64,000 nt of DNA from Rhizophagus irregularis. Its lineage: Eukaryota. Position 1 is the first letter of the stretch; each line of letters begins with the position of its first letter. The stretch lies in the NCBI RefSeq assembly GCF_026210795.1, contig NC_089432.1, positions 5,828,001 to 5,892,000 on the forward strand. Direction: 5' to 3'. Below are positions 39,053 through 53,792 of this stretch, in pieces. The notes under the pieces are model-generated. The model was not told the DNA's origin and searched no databases. It saw nothing but the letters and a program-made list of their open reading frames with translations. The position numbers were made by a program, and so were the translations under genes.

Positions 39053-39654
39053 CTTTAAATATAAAAATAAAATTATATTAAAATTTAAAATGTAATTTAC
39101 AATTAAAAATTTAATATTAAATAATATAAATTACTTACTTTAAATAAAATTATAAAATTTTAATATAATAATAAATAATTAATTTAATTTTTATATAAGT
39201 TTTATTATATATAATAACTTATAACTTACCAACTAAATAAAGTTTAAAAGATTTAATAAGTAAATATTATATAACTATAAAAAATTAATTATATTAAATT
39301 AAAAAAATGTAATATATACTTACAAGCTAAAATATTTTAAAATAAAGAATTTAGTTAGTTTTAATTATATGAAAAATATTATATAAATATAATAGAAATT
39401 TACCATCTGAAATATTTAAATAATTTTTTACATAAAGAATTTGGTTAGTTTAAATTATATATAAATATTATATAAATATAATAGAAATTTACCTTCTGAA
39501 ATATTTAATAAATAAAAAATTTAATTAGTTTAAATTATATGTAAATATTATATAAATATAATAAAAATTAAATAAATAATTTATAACTTACCAACTAAAA
39601 GAAATTACAAATAATTGTTAAATAAAAAATTTAGTTAGTTTAAATTATATGTAA

Positions 39655-39903
39655 GACTATTTCAAACTAATTATTAGTTTAACATTCTTTTTGGTTGAAA
39701 AATTGAGAGGAAAGAAGAAAATAATAAATAAACATGATATTTAAATATATTAAAATTTTGAAAGTTTTTGGTAAAATCAGAAATATTTAGTACATCCAAT
39801 GGATATTTTAAATTTATGTAAATATATGTATTTAAATTATTTTAAAATTTTTAAAAATAGAGAAAAGAGAAAATGTTAAACTAAAAATTAATTTGAAATA
39901 GAC
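39655..39903. mobile_element. MITE with TAA TSD (PIF/Harbinger- or Zator-like), in an array intron
   Basis: TIR G(A/T)CTATTTCAAA(C/T)TAATT(A/T)TTAGTTTAACATT with TAA on both sides; removal restores TATATGTAAATATT. Confidence 0.75.
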
Positions 39904-40999
39904 TAAATATTATATAAATATAATAGAATTAAATAAATAACTTACAATCTATATTATTAAATAAATGATTTTTTAAATAAAGAATTTAATTAGTTTAAAT
40001 TATATTTAAATTTAAATATTATATATTACCATCTAAAATATTTAAATAATTTTTTAAATAAAGAATTTAGTTAGTTTAAATTATATGTAAATATTATATA
40101 AATATAATAGAATTAAATAAATAACTTACGAACTATATTATTAAATAAATAATTTTATAAATAAAGAATTAGTTAGTAGTTTAAAATACATGTAAATATT
40201 ATATAAATATAATAGAATTAAATAAATAACTTACAATCTATATTATTAAATAAATAATTTTTTAAATAAAGAATTTAATTAGTTTAAATTATATGTAAAT
40301 ATTATATAAATATAATAGAAATTTACTTTCTAAAATATTTGAATAATTTTTTAAATAAAGAATTTAGTTAGTTTAAATTATATGTAAATATTATATAAAT
40401 ACAATATAATAAAAATTTACCATCTAAAATATTTGAATAAGTTTTTTAATAAAAAATTTAGTTAGCTTAAATTATGCATAAATTTTATATAAATATAATA
40501 TATAAAATTAAATAAAATTAAATAACTTACGAACTATATTATTAAATAATTAAATAGTTAGCTTAAATTATATATAAATATTATAAAAATTAAATAAAAC
40601 TTACTTTCTATATTATTAAATAAATAATTTTTTAAATAAAGAATTTTAGTTAGTTTAAATTATATATAGATATTATATAAATATAATAGAAATTTACCAT
40701 CTAAAATATTTGAATAATTTTTTAAATAAAGAATTTGATTAATTTAAATTATATGTAAATATTATATAAATATAATAGAATTAAATAAATAACTTACAAT
40801 CTATATTGTTAAATAAATAATTTTTTTAAATAAAGAATTTAGTTAGTTTAAATTGTATATAAATATTATATAAATAAAATAAAAATTTACCATCTAAAAT
40901 ATTTGAATAATTTTTTAAATAAAAATTTAGTTAATTTAAATTATATATAAATATTATATAAATATATATATATATATTAAATAAAATTAAATAAATAAC

Positions 41000-43900
41000 G
41001 ACGCGTACACAGCAGACAGAGAATAACTACACGCAACAAAATGCAAATGTATATAACAACAACACATACAATTTAACATTCATGGGACACAACATTAACG
41101 GCCTGGGCCCCGATCATTCCAAACTTAATTTACTAATAGAATACTGTTCAAACAAAGGAGCTGATATAATAGGTATATGCGAAACAAACAGAGATAGAAA
41201 ACACGGAAAATTTTGGAACAAACAAACACTAGAATATACCTCTTTCTGGACTAACAAAGACAACAAGATAAAAGGGTCAGGAGTTTGCATAATGATTAAC
41301 AAGAAATGGGAAAAACACATTGGAAAAGTCAATAGAATAGGTGCATACTACATAGAAGCTTGGTTACTCTTCAAGAATTGCACGCTCATAGTAGGTGTAA
41401 TATACATACCACCATCAGACACGAAAATACAAAGTGAACTAACAAGCTATATTAAAAAAGAATTCACTAATCACAGTAAAAAAAATAGGTATTACATTCT
41501 GATAGGAGATCTCAACTCATATTTGGACAGAACACTAGATTATAGCGGCCCATCCAAACTCGGAAAAAAACCTTCAAATATAATTACGTGGTTAGACAAC
41601 GCCTTTTTTACGACACGTACAGAAAACTAAATCCCAAAAAGAGATGCTTCACATGGAAAAACAAAAATACATCAACTAGAATTGACTACATATGGGCGGA
41701 CCCTAAACTTGAAGCTAACATAAGAAAGAGTCACATATACCAGTCAATTGACATTACAGATAGTGATCACAACATCACACTCGCAGAAATCTCTTTCACT
41801 AATATAATAGTCACTAACAACAAAGGAGGTAGAAGAGCAGAAAAGAACTCAACACGTATTGTATATGACTATGAGAACACCACAAATGAACAGTGGAACA
41901 GATATGAAAAATACCTTAATGGCCTGCTGAAGAAACATAAAGCCTTCAGATACATAGAGAAGCCAATGGACAAAATGAGGATACACTAAATAAATTATGG
42001 GACATCATATGTAACTGCATACAACAGGCCGCGCTTAAACACATTCCACACAAGAAAATAGGCGGCGTCAAAACCAACTTTAATAGGAATTATAAAGAAA
42101 TCGAAAACTCCTCTAAAGAACGTAAGGACCTATTATATATTAGAAGTATAATGAGGAAATTATATAAAAACGAATTGAAGGGGGTAGAGTTACGCAACGC
42201 ATCAAAAGGAATTAAATCGTTCAACCAATGTTACGGAACCAACATAGCAGAGATAACGGAAGACACGGACTGGCACACATGGAAATGCGAAACGAGAAAC
42301 TGGCTGAAAATAGTCAGAAGAATAATTAAAATAAAGGACAAGGCAATCAAAGAAGCATCAATAAAGAAAAGGATAGAAGAAAGAAATAGTATGATTACCA
42401 AGGATCAACGGAAAATGATTAATAGCATCCTAGACAAAACATACTCAAAAATCAATCTGGACAGAATACGTATACTCACTGATACCCAAGAAGAAATATT
42501 GCCGAACTCTAAAGAAGAAGTCCATACAGAAGCGATTAACGCGTATTCATCCCTATTCCGCTCACGAAATCATAAATTCGAGAATCTCCCAGAACAGTGG
42601 AAAGAAATATATGAACCGCGAAAGACATAAACCCGGAAATTTACGAACACCTAAATGATATACCGACCGAACAAGAGTGGTATGAGATGCTCGAAACTAT
42701 GAACGATAAATCAGCACCAGGCATCTCTAACATCAGCTATAAATTAATCAAGAAAGCTGGTGCAAAAGCCAATGACTTGTTCAGGCAATACACAGGACTA
42801 CTGTTATTTGTTACAAAACATACCTATGAAATGGAAAATCTCTCAATTGTATCCGATCCCCAAGACTTATGATTGGGATTTCAACCTAGCAAGGACGAGA
42901 CCAATTTTACTTATTGAGTGCCTGCGTAAATGTGCAGTCAAAATTACCACAAAATGCCTAGGAAATATTCTCAGTAAACACGAAATTTTAAAAGGACCAA
43001 ATTACGCGGGATTACCAGGCGAATCTACATCAGCACCACTTTCAATAATTAATGGTATTCTAGAAGACGCTCGTGAAGAGAATAAGACAGTATGGATAGT
43101 GGCTCAAGACATGGCGAAAGCCTTCGACAGCGTCGGAATGGTTCCCTTGCAAAAAGCTCTGGAGAGAATTAGATTACCACCATCCACCATTAATTTCATC
43201 ATAAATATCTACAAAAACCGTAAGATCAAGATCATCACGGTGTACGGTGTAACCGATACTTTCACAGCATGCGATGGTATAGACCAAGGGGAGGTTATAT
43301 CCCCATTGATCTGGAGAATTTTTTACGATCCCCTCCTCCATAGAATACAGGAAGATGAAGCTTTAGGTTACTGCATGGAGCTAAATTGGCCGGACAACGT
43401 TTTTAATAATAATAAACGGAAAATAACAGTACGAACCGCCGTGTCGGCATACGCAGATGACACACAATGGATCGCCAAAAGTAAAAATGAAGCAGAAGAA
43501 ATTTTACTAATTGCGGACGAATTTTTTGATATCAATGACATAAAAATTAACGGGGAAAAAACTGAAATTATCGTTGTAAATCCGGAAGAAAGCAACGAAA
43601 ACGAAAGGTTCTTGGAGATAGGGAAAAATAACGACAAAGTGTTTGTCAACAAGGGATCAGTTCCAATACGCATTCTGGGAGTATGGTTCAAAGCAGACAA
43701 AGGAGACAAACACATAGAAGCTATAGTAAAGAAAGAGATATCGACAATAGTAGGGGCGATTAGACACAAACACATAACACATGCGCAAGCGATCTACATT
43801 ATTAACACTGTTTTACTCCCGCGACTAGAATATAGGCTTAAAACAACCGTGTGGGAAGACAAAAAATATGAGGAAATTTTTAAGCCGGTTATGCAAACAA

Positions 43901-46827
43901 TTAAACATAAGACGCGACTGCTCAGCAACTGTCATGACAACATTCTTCTCCACTCAGCACAAGGCAAATTAAAGAACCTGTGGAGAAATCAAATAGCAGC
44001 GCAAATATCAGAATTCCTAGTCACCATTAACTCGCAATCGAAACAGGCGGACGTAGTTAAAATGAGATTAAAAAAGGCGCAACTAATATTAAATATAACG
44101 TCTTGCATTTTATTGATGGAGCCGGACGTCACAGTTCTCAACAAAATGCCTAACAATCACGCCTACAACGTAATGAGAAAAGCACACGACTACTTATTTA
44201 AATTTCAACCATTAACAGATAACGAAGAATGGGACATACCACTAATAGGACCGAACGTAAGAAACTTTGTATATCAACAAGCGTCAAAGATGCACAGGAA
44301 AGACAAAGAATTCATTATAAGAAAAGCTGCATCTATGTCGATCTACGGTGCATTACAATTAGTTAATCAGGACGCTTCGGACACAGTCACATGGCAACAA
44401 ATCTGTGACATCAATAAAAGACCAGCAAGAGGCAGGACTCCGCAATGGTTTAATTCACTAACAGATATCATACAAAAGGCACCCAACCTAAAAAACTATT
44501 ATATGACGGATAAGGCGCCCTTTGACTCAGAAAATAGATTAGAAAATGATGGAATGTATTTAAAAAACGCACAGGCGTTCAGGATGCCAAAGAAGTTACC
44601 ATCTACAGATAATAGAAAAAAAGAATTCGTCCATATGCAACAAGATTATACGTTAACATTTGGACAAATTAACAAAAAACTTCAAACAGGTAAACATACG
44701 ATACAACATTGGACCACAGCTGACAGTGAGCAGAGAATGGACAACGAAGTGCCATATAAATTAATTAAGCGATGTGGAGGTTGCTCACTAAACGACAGAA
44801 GGGTCAACAAAGAAAACCGTGGTTGCTTCTTCAATAAAGACCGCACGTCGTTAACATGTATAAATAGAGTATCCAAATACCGAACTGATCCAGATACTAG
44901 AATAATCAAGGACATTATAGAAACCAGAGGCTACCCACAATTACAACAAAATGTGAGACATAGCCCCAGTTACATACAAATGGTAGACTATCGACACGGC
45001 TCTAATACAAAACACGTTAGTGAACAATGAAGCCTATGACACAGCATATAGCGTTGCTACAACAAATAAGATCAACCTTTAACCCATCTGACATGATTAA
45101 TATTTACACAGATGGCTCATTAACAAACCGCTTTAACAATAGTTCTAACACTTTTACAAAATACATGGGTACAGGCTGGGTGATACTGAATAGTAAAGAC
45201 GAAGTAATACTGGAGTGTAGTAGTTCAATCACAGACTGGCCCTCATCCACACGTGCAGAATTAGGAGCCATCTTGTCAGCTATATTGGTTTTACAAACAG
45301 GTCAGAAAGCAAATATCCTTACTGACTCACAAGCTGCTATAGATAGTATCAACTACATAAGAACAAATTTAACAAATGGAAAAAACAAAACAAGAATTTG
45401 GTGCAAATGCAACAACTACAGCATAGTAAGTTGTATAATTAACCTTATTGACAGCAAACGGTTAGAAATAAAGTTAGTAAAAGTCAAAGGTCATTCTGGA
45501 GTCAAAGGCAATGAAGAAGCAGATAGGGTAGCGAAAAATGATACTAATAGTTTAACTTGCATCAAAATTAAAGATTCACAACAAAAAGATTTAATATATG
45601 ACATTTATTGGGATGGTATAAGAGTTGACAGGCACATCAGAAAATTCATAGATAATTTGTGTGAATCCACATTAGACGCAGCATGGTCCCTCAATCGTAC
45701 ACATAGATCAGTATTTTCAGACACAACTGACACAATAGAAGAAGAAGTCACCTGGACATTATTTAAAAAAAACACAGGATCTAACTGCACAACATCAATG
45801 ATAAATGACAGATTTATCAAACACTTGAAACTTTTAAATTATTTGCTTCCAACTTTAGAAATCATGAAAGAAAGAAGATATGACTTATATGGAGATGTAA
45901 AGTGCAGGTTTTGTCTTGAAGAAAATGAAGATGATGATCATATGATATACTGCAAACAGCTCAGTGATAAATGGATAACTATAGCTAACAATACTGTATG
46001 TAAATGTAATCAAACAATCAAGAACTTCTTATTACAAGAAAAAAATATTCAATTAAGTCAGGAAGATATACAACAATTACTCATATGGAACAGAAACTTC
46101 TTTGCCCATACTATTGATGCTAATCTTGATTTACCCATTCCGCATATTCATTTAATGATAAGAAGTTTCTTTCCAAAAGAAAAATACAGGGAGCTCAAAA
46201 TTATTGTCAAGACAAAAAGAATAGCATTAACTATTGCAGCCCTCTTTCTAGAAGTATTTGTTAATGAATTTTACAATATTATTTGGCAACCACGTTGCAA
46301 GGTAACAGCAGAATGGGAGCATACCAAGGGTATAAAAAAACAAGACTTAAGAAAAAAACCATTAGCACATCAACGTATTGTATATAAAAGGATTCTAACT
46401 TTACAGACAGAGGATGGCATATATGATTTGGAAAAGAGGAAAATATTAAAACATAATGAACAATGGTCAATAGCATTAGAAAAAGCAAGACAATATATAA
46501 ATCAATTTATTAAAGAGGGAAATAGGGTATTTTGGAAAGTATATAACAACAAAAAAATATATAAATATAACATAACCCTTTTTTTTTCTTTGTTTAGAGG
46601 GTAGTGGAAGCTATACTGAAATCTTATAATATGGTGATCCTATATAATTCAATAGTAACTATAGAAGGATATAGGTGAATTTTATAAGGTGATGGTAGGG
46701 CACAGGAGCAATCTTATGGATGGGGAACTGGTTTGGAGTTTTAATAAATTAGTTATATAACAGATGCTTTTGTATTCTTATATATAATTAATAAACTCAC
46801 AAATTGCACTACCTTGCAAAAAAAAAA
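41000..46827 (+). mobile_element. Non-LTR retrotransposon (APE endonuclease-RT-RNase H-Zn finger), 5' truncated, frameshifted
   Basis: APE motifs HNING, DIIGICET, GDLN, RIDYIW, SDH. RT motifs QDMAKAFD, GIDQGEVISP, YADD. RNase H motifs IYTDGS, RAEL, TDSQ, VKGHSG..GNEEAD. Poly(A) tail and TSD AAAATTAAATAAATAAC. Confidence 0.95.
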
Positions 46828-47026
46828 AAAATTAAATAAATAACTTACAATCTATATTATTAAATAAATAAATTTTAAATAAAAATTTAATTAGTTTAAA
46901 TTATATATAAATATTATATAAATATAATAGAATTAAATAAATAACTTACTCCCTATATTATTAAATAAATAATTTTTAAAAAACATTTAGTTAGTTTAAA
47001 TTATATATAAATATTATATAAATATA

Positions 47027-47270
47027 GGATTTTGTTTTTTATCGCATCTGTAATACATTACATCCTGAATATTTCAGATAAAATTATATAATTCTTGGCA
47101 AAATAAAAAATATGTTAAAAAAACTAGGATGTAAAAATAGATTTTTTACAATTGAAAAAATTTTAAATTCTCATAATACATATAAAAAATATATAAAAAG
47201 AAAAAAAAATGTGATATAAATGATAAAAAAGGAATGCAATATATCACAGATACGATAAATTATAAAATTC
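47027..47270. mobile_element. Mutator-like MITE in an array intron
   Basis: Imperfect TIR of about 38 bp (TTTATCG.ATCTGT.ATA.ATT.CAT) and 9-bp TSD ATAAATATA. Confidence 0.75.
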
Positions 47271-48413
47271 ATAAATATAATAGAATTAAATAAATGACTT
47301 ACAATCTAAATTATTAAATAAATAATTTTTTAAATGAAAAATTTAGTTAGTTTAAATTATATATAAATATTTTATAAATATAAATAGTATTAAATAAATA
47401 ACTTACTAACTATATTATTAAATAAATAATTTTTTAAATAAAAATTTAATTAGTTTAAATATATAAATATTATATAAATATAATAAATATAATAAAATTA
47501 AATAACTTACGAACTATATTATTGAATAAATAATTTTTTAAACAAAAAATTTAGTTAGTTTAAATTATATGTAAATATTATATAAATATAATAAAAACTT
47601 ACTTTCTAAAATATTTAAATAATTATTAAATAAAAAATTTAGTTAGTTTAAATTATATAAATATTATATATAAACTTACCATCTAAAATATTTGAATAAT
47701 TTTTTAAATAAAGAATTTGATTAGTTTAAATTATATGAAAAAATATTATATAAATATAATAGAATTAAATAAATAACTTACGAACTATATTATAAATAAA
47801 TAATTTTTAAAGAATTTAATTAGTTTAAATTAAATATAAATATTATATGAATATAATAGAAAATTACCATCTAATATATTTGAATAATTTTATAAATAAA
47901 GAATTTAGTTAATTTAAATTATATGTAAATATTATATAAATATAATAGAATTAAATAAATAACTTACAAACACTGGTCAAATGATGAAGAATCGGTGTAT
48001 TAAGAGCCAGTTAAGAATCGGGACCAATCAGGTTTCGGTTCTTAACCGGCTCTTATTTTTTTTATCATTAAATAATCAGTATCCCGATAGGCCTATTGAT
48101 TCTATTATATAAGAAGCCGATAGATTCTAAACGTATATCAAATTTGATCAGCTGATAATAAGTAACAAATTGATTACCCCTTCGGATTTCCCGATGACTA
48201 ATAAATAAACACCCGATCTGTCATGATCTGTCATTAATTTATAAATAAGCATCGGTAAAACATCACATGTCCGATAATAATACTGATAGAACATTGATAT
48301 TAGACGGTGAGAAATTTAAAGGTTTAATAATAATTATTATATATTTATTTATTTGTATATTTATAATATTCATAATATAAAACATGATTGATATTACAGT
48401 ATTATTATAAATT

Positions 48414-51400
48414 TTAAATATGAAACTTTCTATTGATCGGTATTACTGACACATATTTCCGGGTTTCTTTTCGTCCTATTGAAAAAGAACCTTCAACAAA
48501 CCGACCCAGTATACTATGTACAGGGGATAATACAATCCCTGCTAAGATCATAAAATTCTTTTTTCCATAGTTCTATATTGCACAAATTTTCATCGCCATT
48601 AATTGTGCAATGAAATCTAGTCTTGTGATTTTCTGCCGGAAGGTACCACTTTACAAATGCTAGGGAATGATTTACAGAACCTTCCGGAAAATGTATAATA
48701 TGTTCAAAATAAAATTGAACAATACCGGGATAAGTATCTTTAGTATTATCATGGAGAAATTGGGATAATATTTTGGCCGATGTGACGTGCCTTTTAGAAT
48801 ACATTGACCCAAAAACTTCGGATCCAATTTTTAGTCGTCCATAAGTGTTCACTTTTGGTAATACCGGTATAGCAGAAGGAGCAGCATGGATATCTGATAG
48901 TGCTGCGAAATCTTTTCCATAGGCATTGCGGTAATATTCAACCAACAAATCTAATACTTCTTTTGAAAGGTTGGTGTCTATCCTTTTAGGATTAAGAAAA
49001 GTACCTGGAAAAGGTTCCGAACCTGTTCCGGCCATTTCTTCCACGTTTCTAGACATTGATAAAAATTCCCGGTAATCTATTCCATTAATTTCATCATGAA
49101 TTACAAGACTGCCGGTAGTTTCTTTCGGTGTAATTAGTGTGATACAAGTCGATAAATGTTGATGGTCTTGGGCGCATGAAGAAAACTGATCGAAGAGAGT
49201 TGAATTGAATGGTTTTTAATAATTCTGGTTCGATTCTTCTATTACTGCTATGATACGATCCTATAAATATAGACTATTTAATAAATTGATTTAATTATAT
49301 TGATAAGTTCGGAAATCTGGAATTACCTAATAGACCGTTCATGCGTTCGTAACTGAAACACCAGAACGCGTATAATGGTCCATAGTCTAACGCACAATGG
49401 CAAATATGTAAGCATAAATGTAAATTCGGCGTAATTTTTTCTGCGCCGTAATTTTCTTCAATGAGCTTTGCCACTTCTAGAAGATTTTTATGAGCTTCTT
49501 CTAACCCATTCGTTGTTATAGATCTGCATACAAGAATATTGCATGCACGGACAAAATTGGCGAGTATCAATTTATCCGATTCTTGAAGCAGATCCCACGT
49601 TATGGAAGTGGCATAAATTAAGATAAAAGTCTTCCATTGATCAGCGGTGAACCTTGAAAAGCCTTCACCTGTAGCAATTTTGTAGGGAATTCTACCGATA
49701 TCTGCTGGAACTTTTATTGCATTTGCCCTTTTTTGCATTGTTTCTAAATCTTTTTGTGTCAATCGGCCCTCCTCGATCCACAGTCTGGTCACGATCCACT
49801 TAGCAATACCCAAGAACAAACAATGCATTGGATCCACTGTGAGAAATCGCACTGAATCAAAGTACGGAAGTCGATACATTTCTGACCACCGTACTAAAGT
49901 ATTATGGACGTGACTATTTCTAGCATCTTTAGTATTGCAATTCAACCATTCTCGCGCATCCCTTCGAACCTGGTTGATATCTCTTTCGACAAACCATTCA
50001 TCAATATCATCAAATCCGCCAAAATTCGGTTGATTTCGATCATCATATTGAGCCTTTTTTAAGCATCTATGACAAGCCACTCGCGCAGAGATATGACCGC
50101 AGAGTTTTCTCGCGGCTGGAATATCACATGAGCAGCATATTACTGCGGCTCGAATAGATTTTCCGGTAGAGCTTTCGTATGTTTTCGATAGTTCAATCCC
50201 ATTCCATAACTCGATTAATTGATCGATGATGGGAGCTATATAATGGTTTAGTTGATGTAAATCTAGGCTCATTTGGCCCCGGAATTAAAGCCATTGTCAA
50301 AATATTTGATGGCTTGAATCTTTCATTTCGAGGCAGGTTACATATTACACCATATAGAGCTCCTATACTATAAGTTGAATTATCGAATGGTTGGAACCAG
50401 TCGATATTTAACATGATGCCTAAGTGGCGGTCTGAGACATCTTTCCGGAAAAATGGTATATTTTGACGATGATCCTGAAAGGTTTTCCAGATCTTTCCGT
50501 CATAAATATCATTCAAAAATTGAGAATCGTTACGGTCCGCCCATTTTCTACATAATTTCTCAAATCCTTTTCGATTATACATTAATTGTAATTGGTGTTT
50601 TAAACTAACAGTAGGGAACGTTAAAGAAGGTCGATAGATTGTTCCGTTAGTAACCGGAACTTTCTTAGCAAGTGTAGCATTGCACTTTTTTCTTTGATTT
50701 GCCATCGGATGATCCGGAAAATCTACATAGGTACAATGAATTGTGGCTGGAACTTGGTAAGGGTCGTTAGTTGATACTTCTGTTACATTATACAATTTGC
50801 AACACTTTTCACACGATGCGAATTTGACAATATGAGCGCAGACGCCAAGTTTTTTACGTGCCATATACAAAGATGTAGGAAAAGAATTGTACGTGTTTGC
50901 ATCCAAAAGAACCAAAAGATATCTAAAAAATTTGACTAAAGAATCGGTAGTGACATCGGATAACTTATATCTCTCTTGATATAATAAGATCCATAAAACA
51001 ATCCAATGAAAGTCTTCAGTAAAATCAATGAAGGAGGCTTCTGGATCATCACCGTATGTATTTTCCGGTGCGTCAAACCAGCCGGATGAAGATTCATTTG
51101 GTATTTCTTCGATAGGATCAAAGTCATTATCAACTTGATCGTTTTCTTCATCATCAGCATCACTAGTATCATCATCTGAAATACTTTGTTCAATAACAAC
51201 AATAGGGTATGATACATTCTTGGAATTTCCACTACCGATATGTTTTCGTTTATCTTTCGATTTGGCTTTTGATGATTTCGATTTTTTGGGAAGAAACGAA
51301 TAATTTTCCTCATCAACAATAGGTTCATGATGACCATCATCTGAATTATGTGATTCTATTTCCATTGGATCATTCAAGAGGTCTACCGATGTATCTTGGT

Positions 51401-51620
51401 TTAGGTCATCAGATGAAACTTGATTTAAATCTATAATTTCTTCAATAACTCCTCTTGGTCTAATATCCCTTTTTAAACTATGACTATTTTTTGTACGTGG
51501 ATCAACTATGTTACCTTTACATTTATTGCAATGACACGGAACTTTATTTGATGTTTTCTGTTTAAAATTATAGGATTTCTTTACAAAGACAGCTTTTGTT
51601 CTTCGGTATTTTCTCGTCAT
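48414..51620 (-). pseudogene. En/Spm-type transposase, frameshifted
   Basis: DIYDGKIW, LNIDWFQPF, ICNLPRNERF, IPGPNEP, CDIPAARKLCGH, VDPMHCLFLG, ITPNLHLCLH, YAFWCFSYERMNG, YPGIVQFYFEH across three ORFs. Confidence 0.9.
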
Positions 51621-52277
51621 TGTAAATAATAATATAAAAAAATTTTATTAAAAATGAATTTCCGGTTCTTCGATGAACGGATATATTAGTATGATTGATA
51701 ATTGACATTGTTGACCATATTAGGTTACTATCAATTTATTGTATTTATTGTATTTAAATCAATATAAGTTCCTTTATTTGAATCAAAAAAAGCTTATACT
51801 TCAATAGACTATTTCGTTATTTTCAATAGACTTATCGGCATGAAAAAAAAGGAAAAAAAAATTCAATCAAAAAAAGCTTATTTAATAGACTATTTCGTTA
51901 CTTTCGACAGACCTATCGGTCCTCATATGACAAAAAAAAAAATATATATAAAGACCCCTTTCTTCCCACGAACTGATTTTTTTTTCTCTGCCATATCATT
52001 ATACTTTGATCTAAATCATTAAAAAAAAATCGTAATCATTACATTTAATCTAATTATAGGAAAAAAAAAATATTATTAATAATCATAATATTTTAATTGT
52101 GGAAATAAATAAAGGTATAAAAGAACGTCTTTTACCTTATTGTATTGTTTTTTTTTTATCCTTTAACAAATTTTGGTAAAAATGCGTGGAAGAAGACCTT
52201 TCAAAATTAAGAAAATAAGCTTAAGACGCTTATCTACAACAAATTTAACCTCTTACAACCATCATCAAACAAACTCA

Positions 52278-53792
52278 ATGTCACCACATCGTCGTCACCG
52301 TTATCGTTCAAGAAGGAACAAGTCTAGACGTTCTTCTTATTCTAATTATTCAGATAGTCGTTCACCAAGTCAACAAAGAGGACGTTCGACTACAAGACAT
52401 AATAGGACTAATTATTCAGATAGTCGTTCACCAAGTCAACAAGGAGGGTGTTCAACTACAAGATATAATAGGAATGATGGTATGGTTATAATATAATAAT
52501 TATGTTTTTTATTTTACATATTTTGAATATAATGTCATGATTTCAATTTACAGATATCGAAGCCCTAAGCAGAGCTATCACTGCACTTACGGAAGAAGTT
52601 CGGACCCCTCAAGAAATCTCAAACAAGGAACGACCTACAAGCTGAATGGCCATCAACCCCTCAGACAACACCAGTTCCAAGGAGTAGACAAAATACATCA
52701 CTCACGCCAGAACCAGAAACTGGATATCGTCGACGTGCTCGGGTTTTGCTTGAAGATATGGACGAAGATCAATATAAGTTGTTCCATGTGAGTATCAAGT
52801 AACTATTGGTTATTCAGCAAAATTTTTTAATCGATATTTTTTTATAAAATTAAGGATGAGGTCGTGCAGATACTTAGCGGTCTCGATGATTCATTGCAAT
52901 TGGATCATACCAAAAAATGGGTAGAAATTGCACCACACGTTTCAAAACACATCATGAAGGAGATCGCTAGAGTCTTGACCGGAAGGTTTCAATACAAAGA
53001 TATAGAATTGAAATGGGTCTTACAGAATCTACACCGCCATCGTAGAGAAAGCTGGATGGTTAGCCTTGATCCGGATAAGACTAGATTTGAAAAGAAGAGA
53101 AAAGGAACGAATTCTCGAAGAAAAGATGTAAGTACTGAAGACATCCGAAATATGAAATTAAAATCCTTGATCTTGTTCCTTTCTATCCTAATCACTAATA
53201 TCTGATTGCAATAGAAAAAAGAGCGACGTCAGAAAGGCATCGAGCATATGTTCAATATTAATGATGCCTCGCTTAAAGAATTTCAACCGTCATCATTATC
53301 TTGGGAAGAATTCAAGGAAGACTGTGAAACCATATTTAATGAAGGAGGATTCCACAGTGATGAAGTTTCTGAAACTGATGAAGAGCTCACCAAAAAAGAA
53401 ATCGAAGATCATGTTCGTCCTAAGAATAAAATTGAAACGGATAAACATGTTCTTCATGTTTATGACAAGCCCTGGAGGTCACGTCGTGTAAGTATCAAAT
53501 AAAACAATTGTATAGTTATTGTATACATTTGCTTATTATCTCTTTTTCATTTTTATAGGGACGTAAATTACTTCGCTTGGCTGACCGAGTTGGTGAGAAA
53601 ATAAGTCATGTAAAACTTTCACGACATCGTTGGTATGATGATAAAACGTGGATCGACGAGTCAAAACCGCCTGAAGGTGCCCCTGATTGGTCGATATCAC
53701 AGTCGTACGGATCCGACGTACAACCACAAGATGAGATCGATAATATCGATAATATTAATGATGAACCTAACGAACTTGATGAACAGGTTTAA
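52278..53792 (+). CDS. Second, intron-containing gene of the EnSpm element (SR-rich N-terminus)
   Basis: Exon chain 52278-52478, 52554-52787, 52855-53127, 53215-53487, 53560-53792, bounded by GT/AG (boundaries approximate). HSDEVSETD...PWRS motif. Confidence 0.6.
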
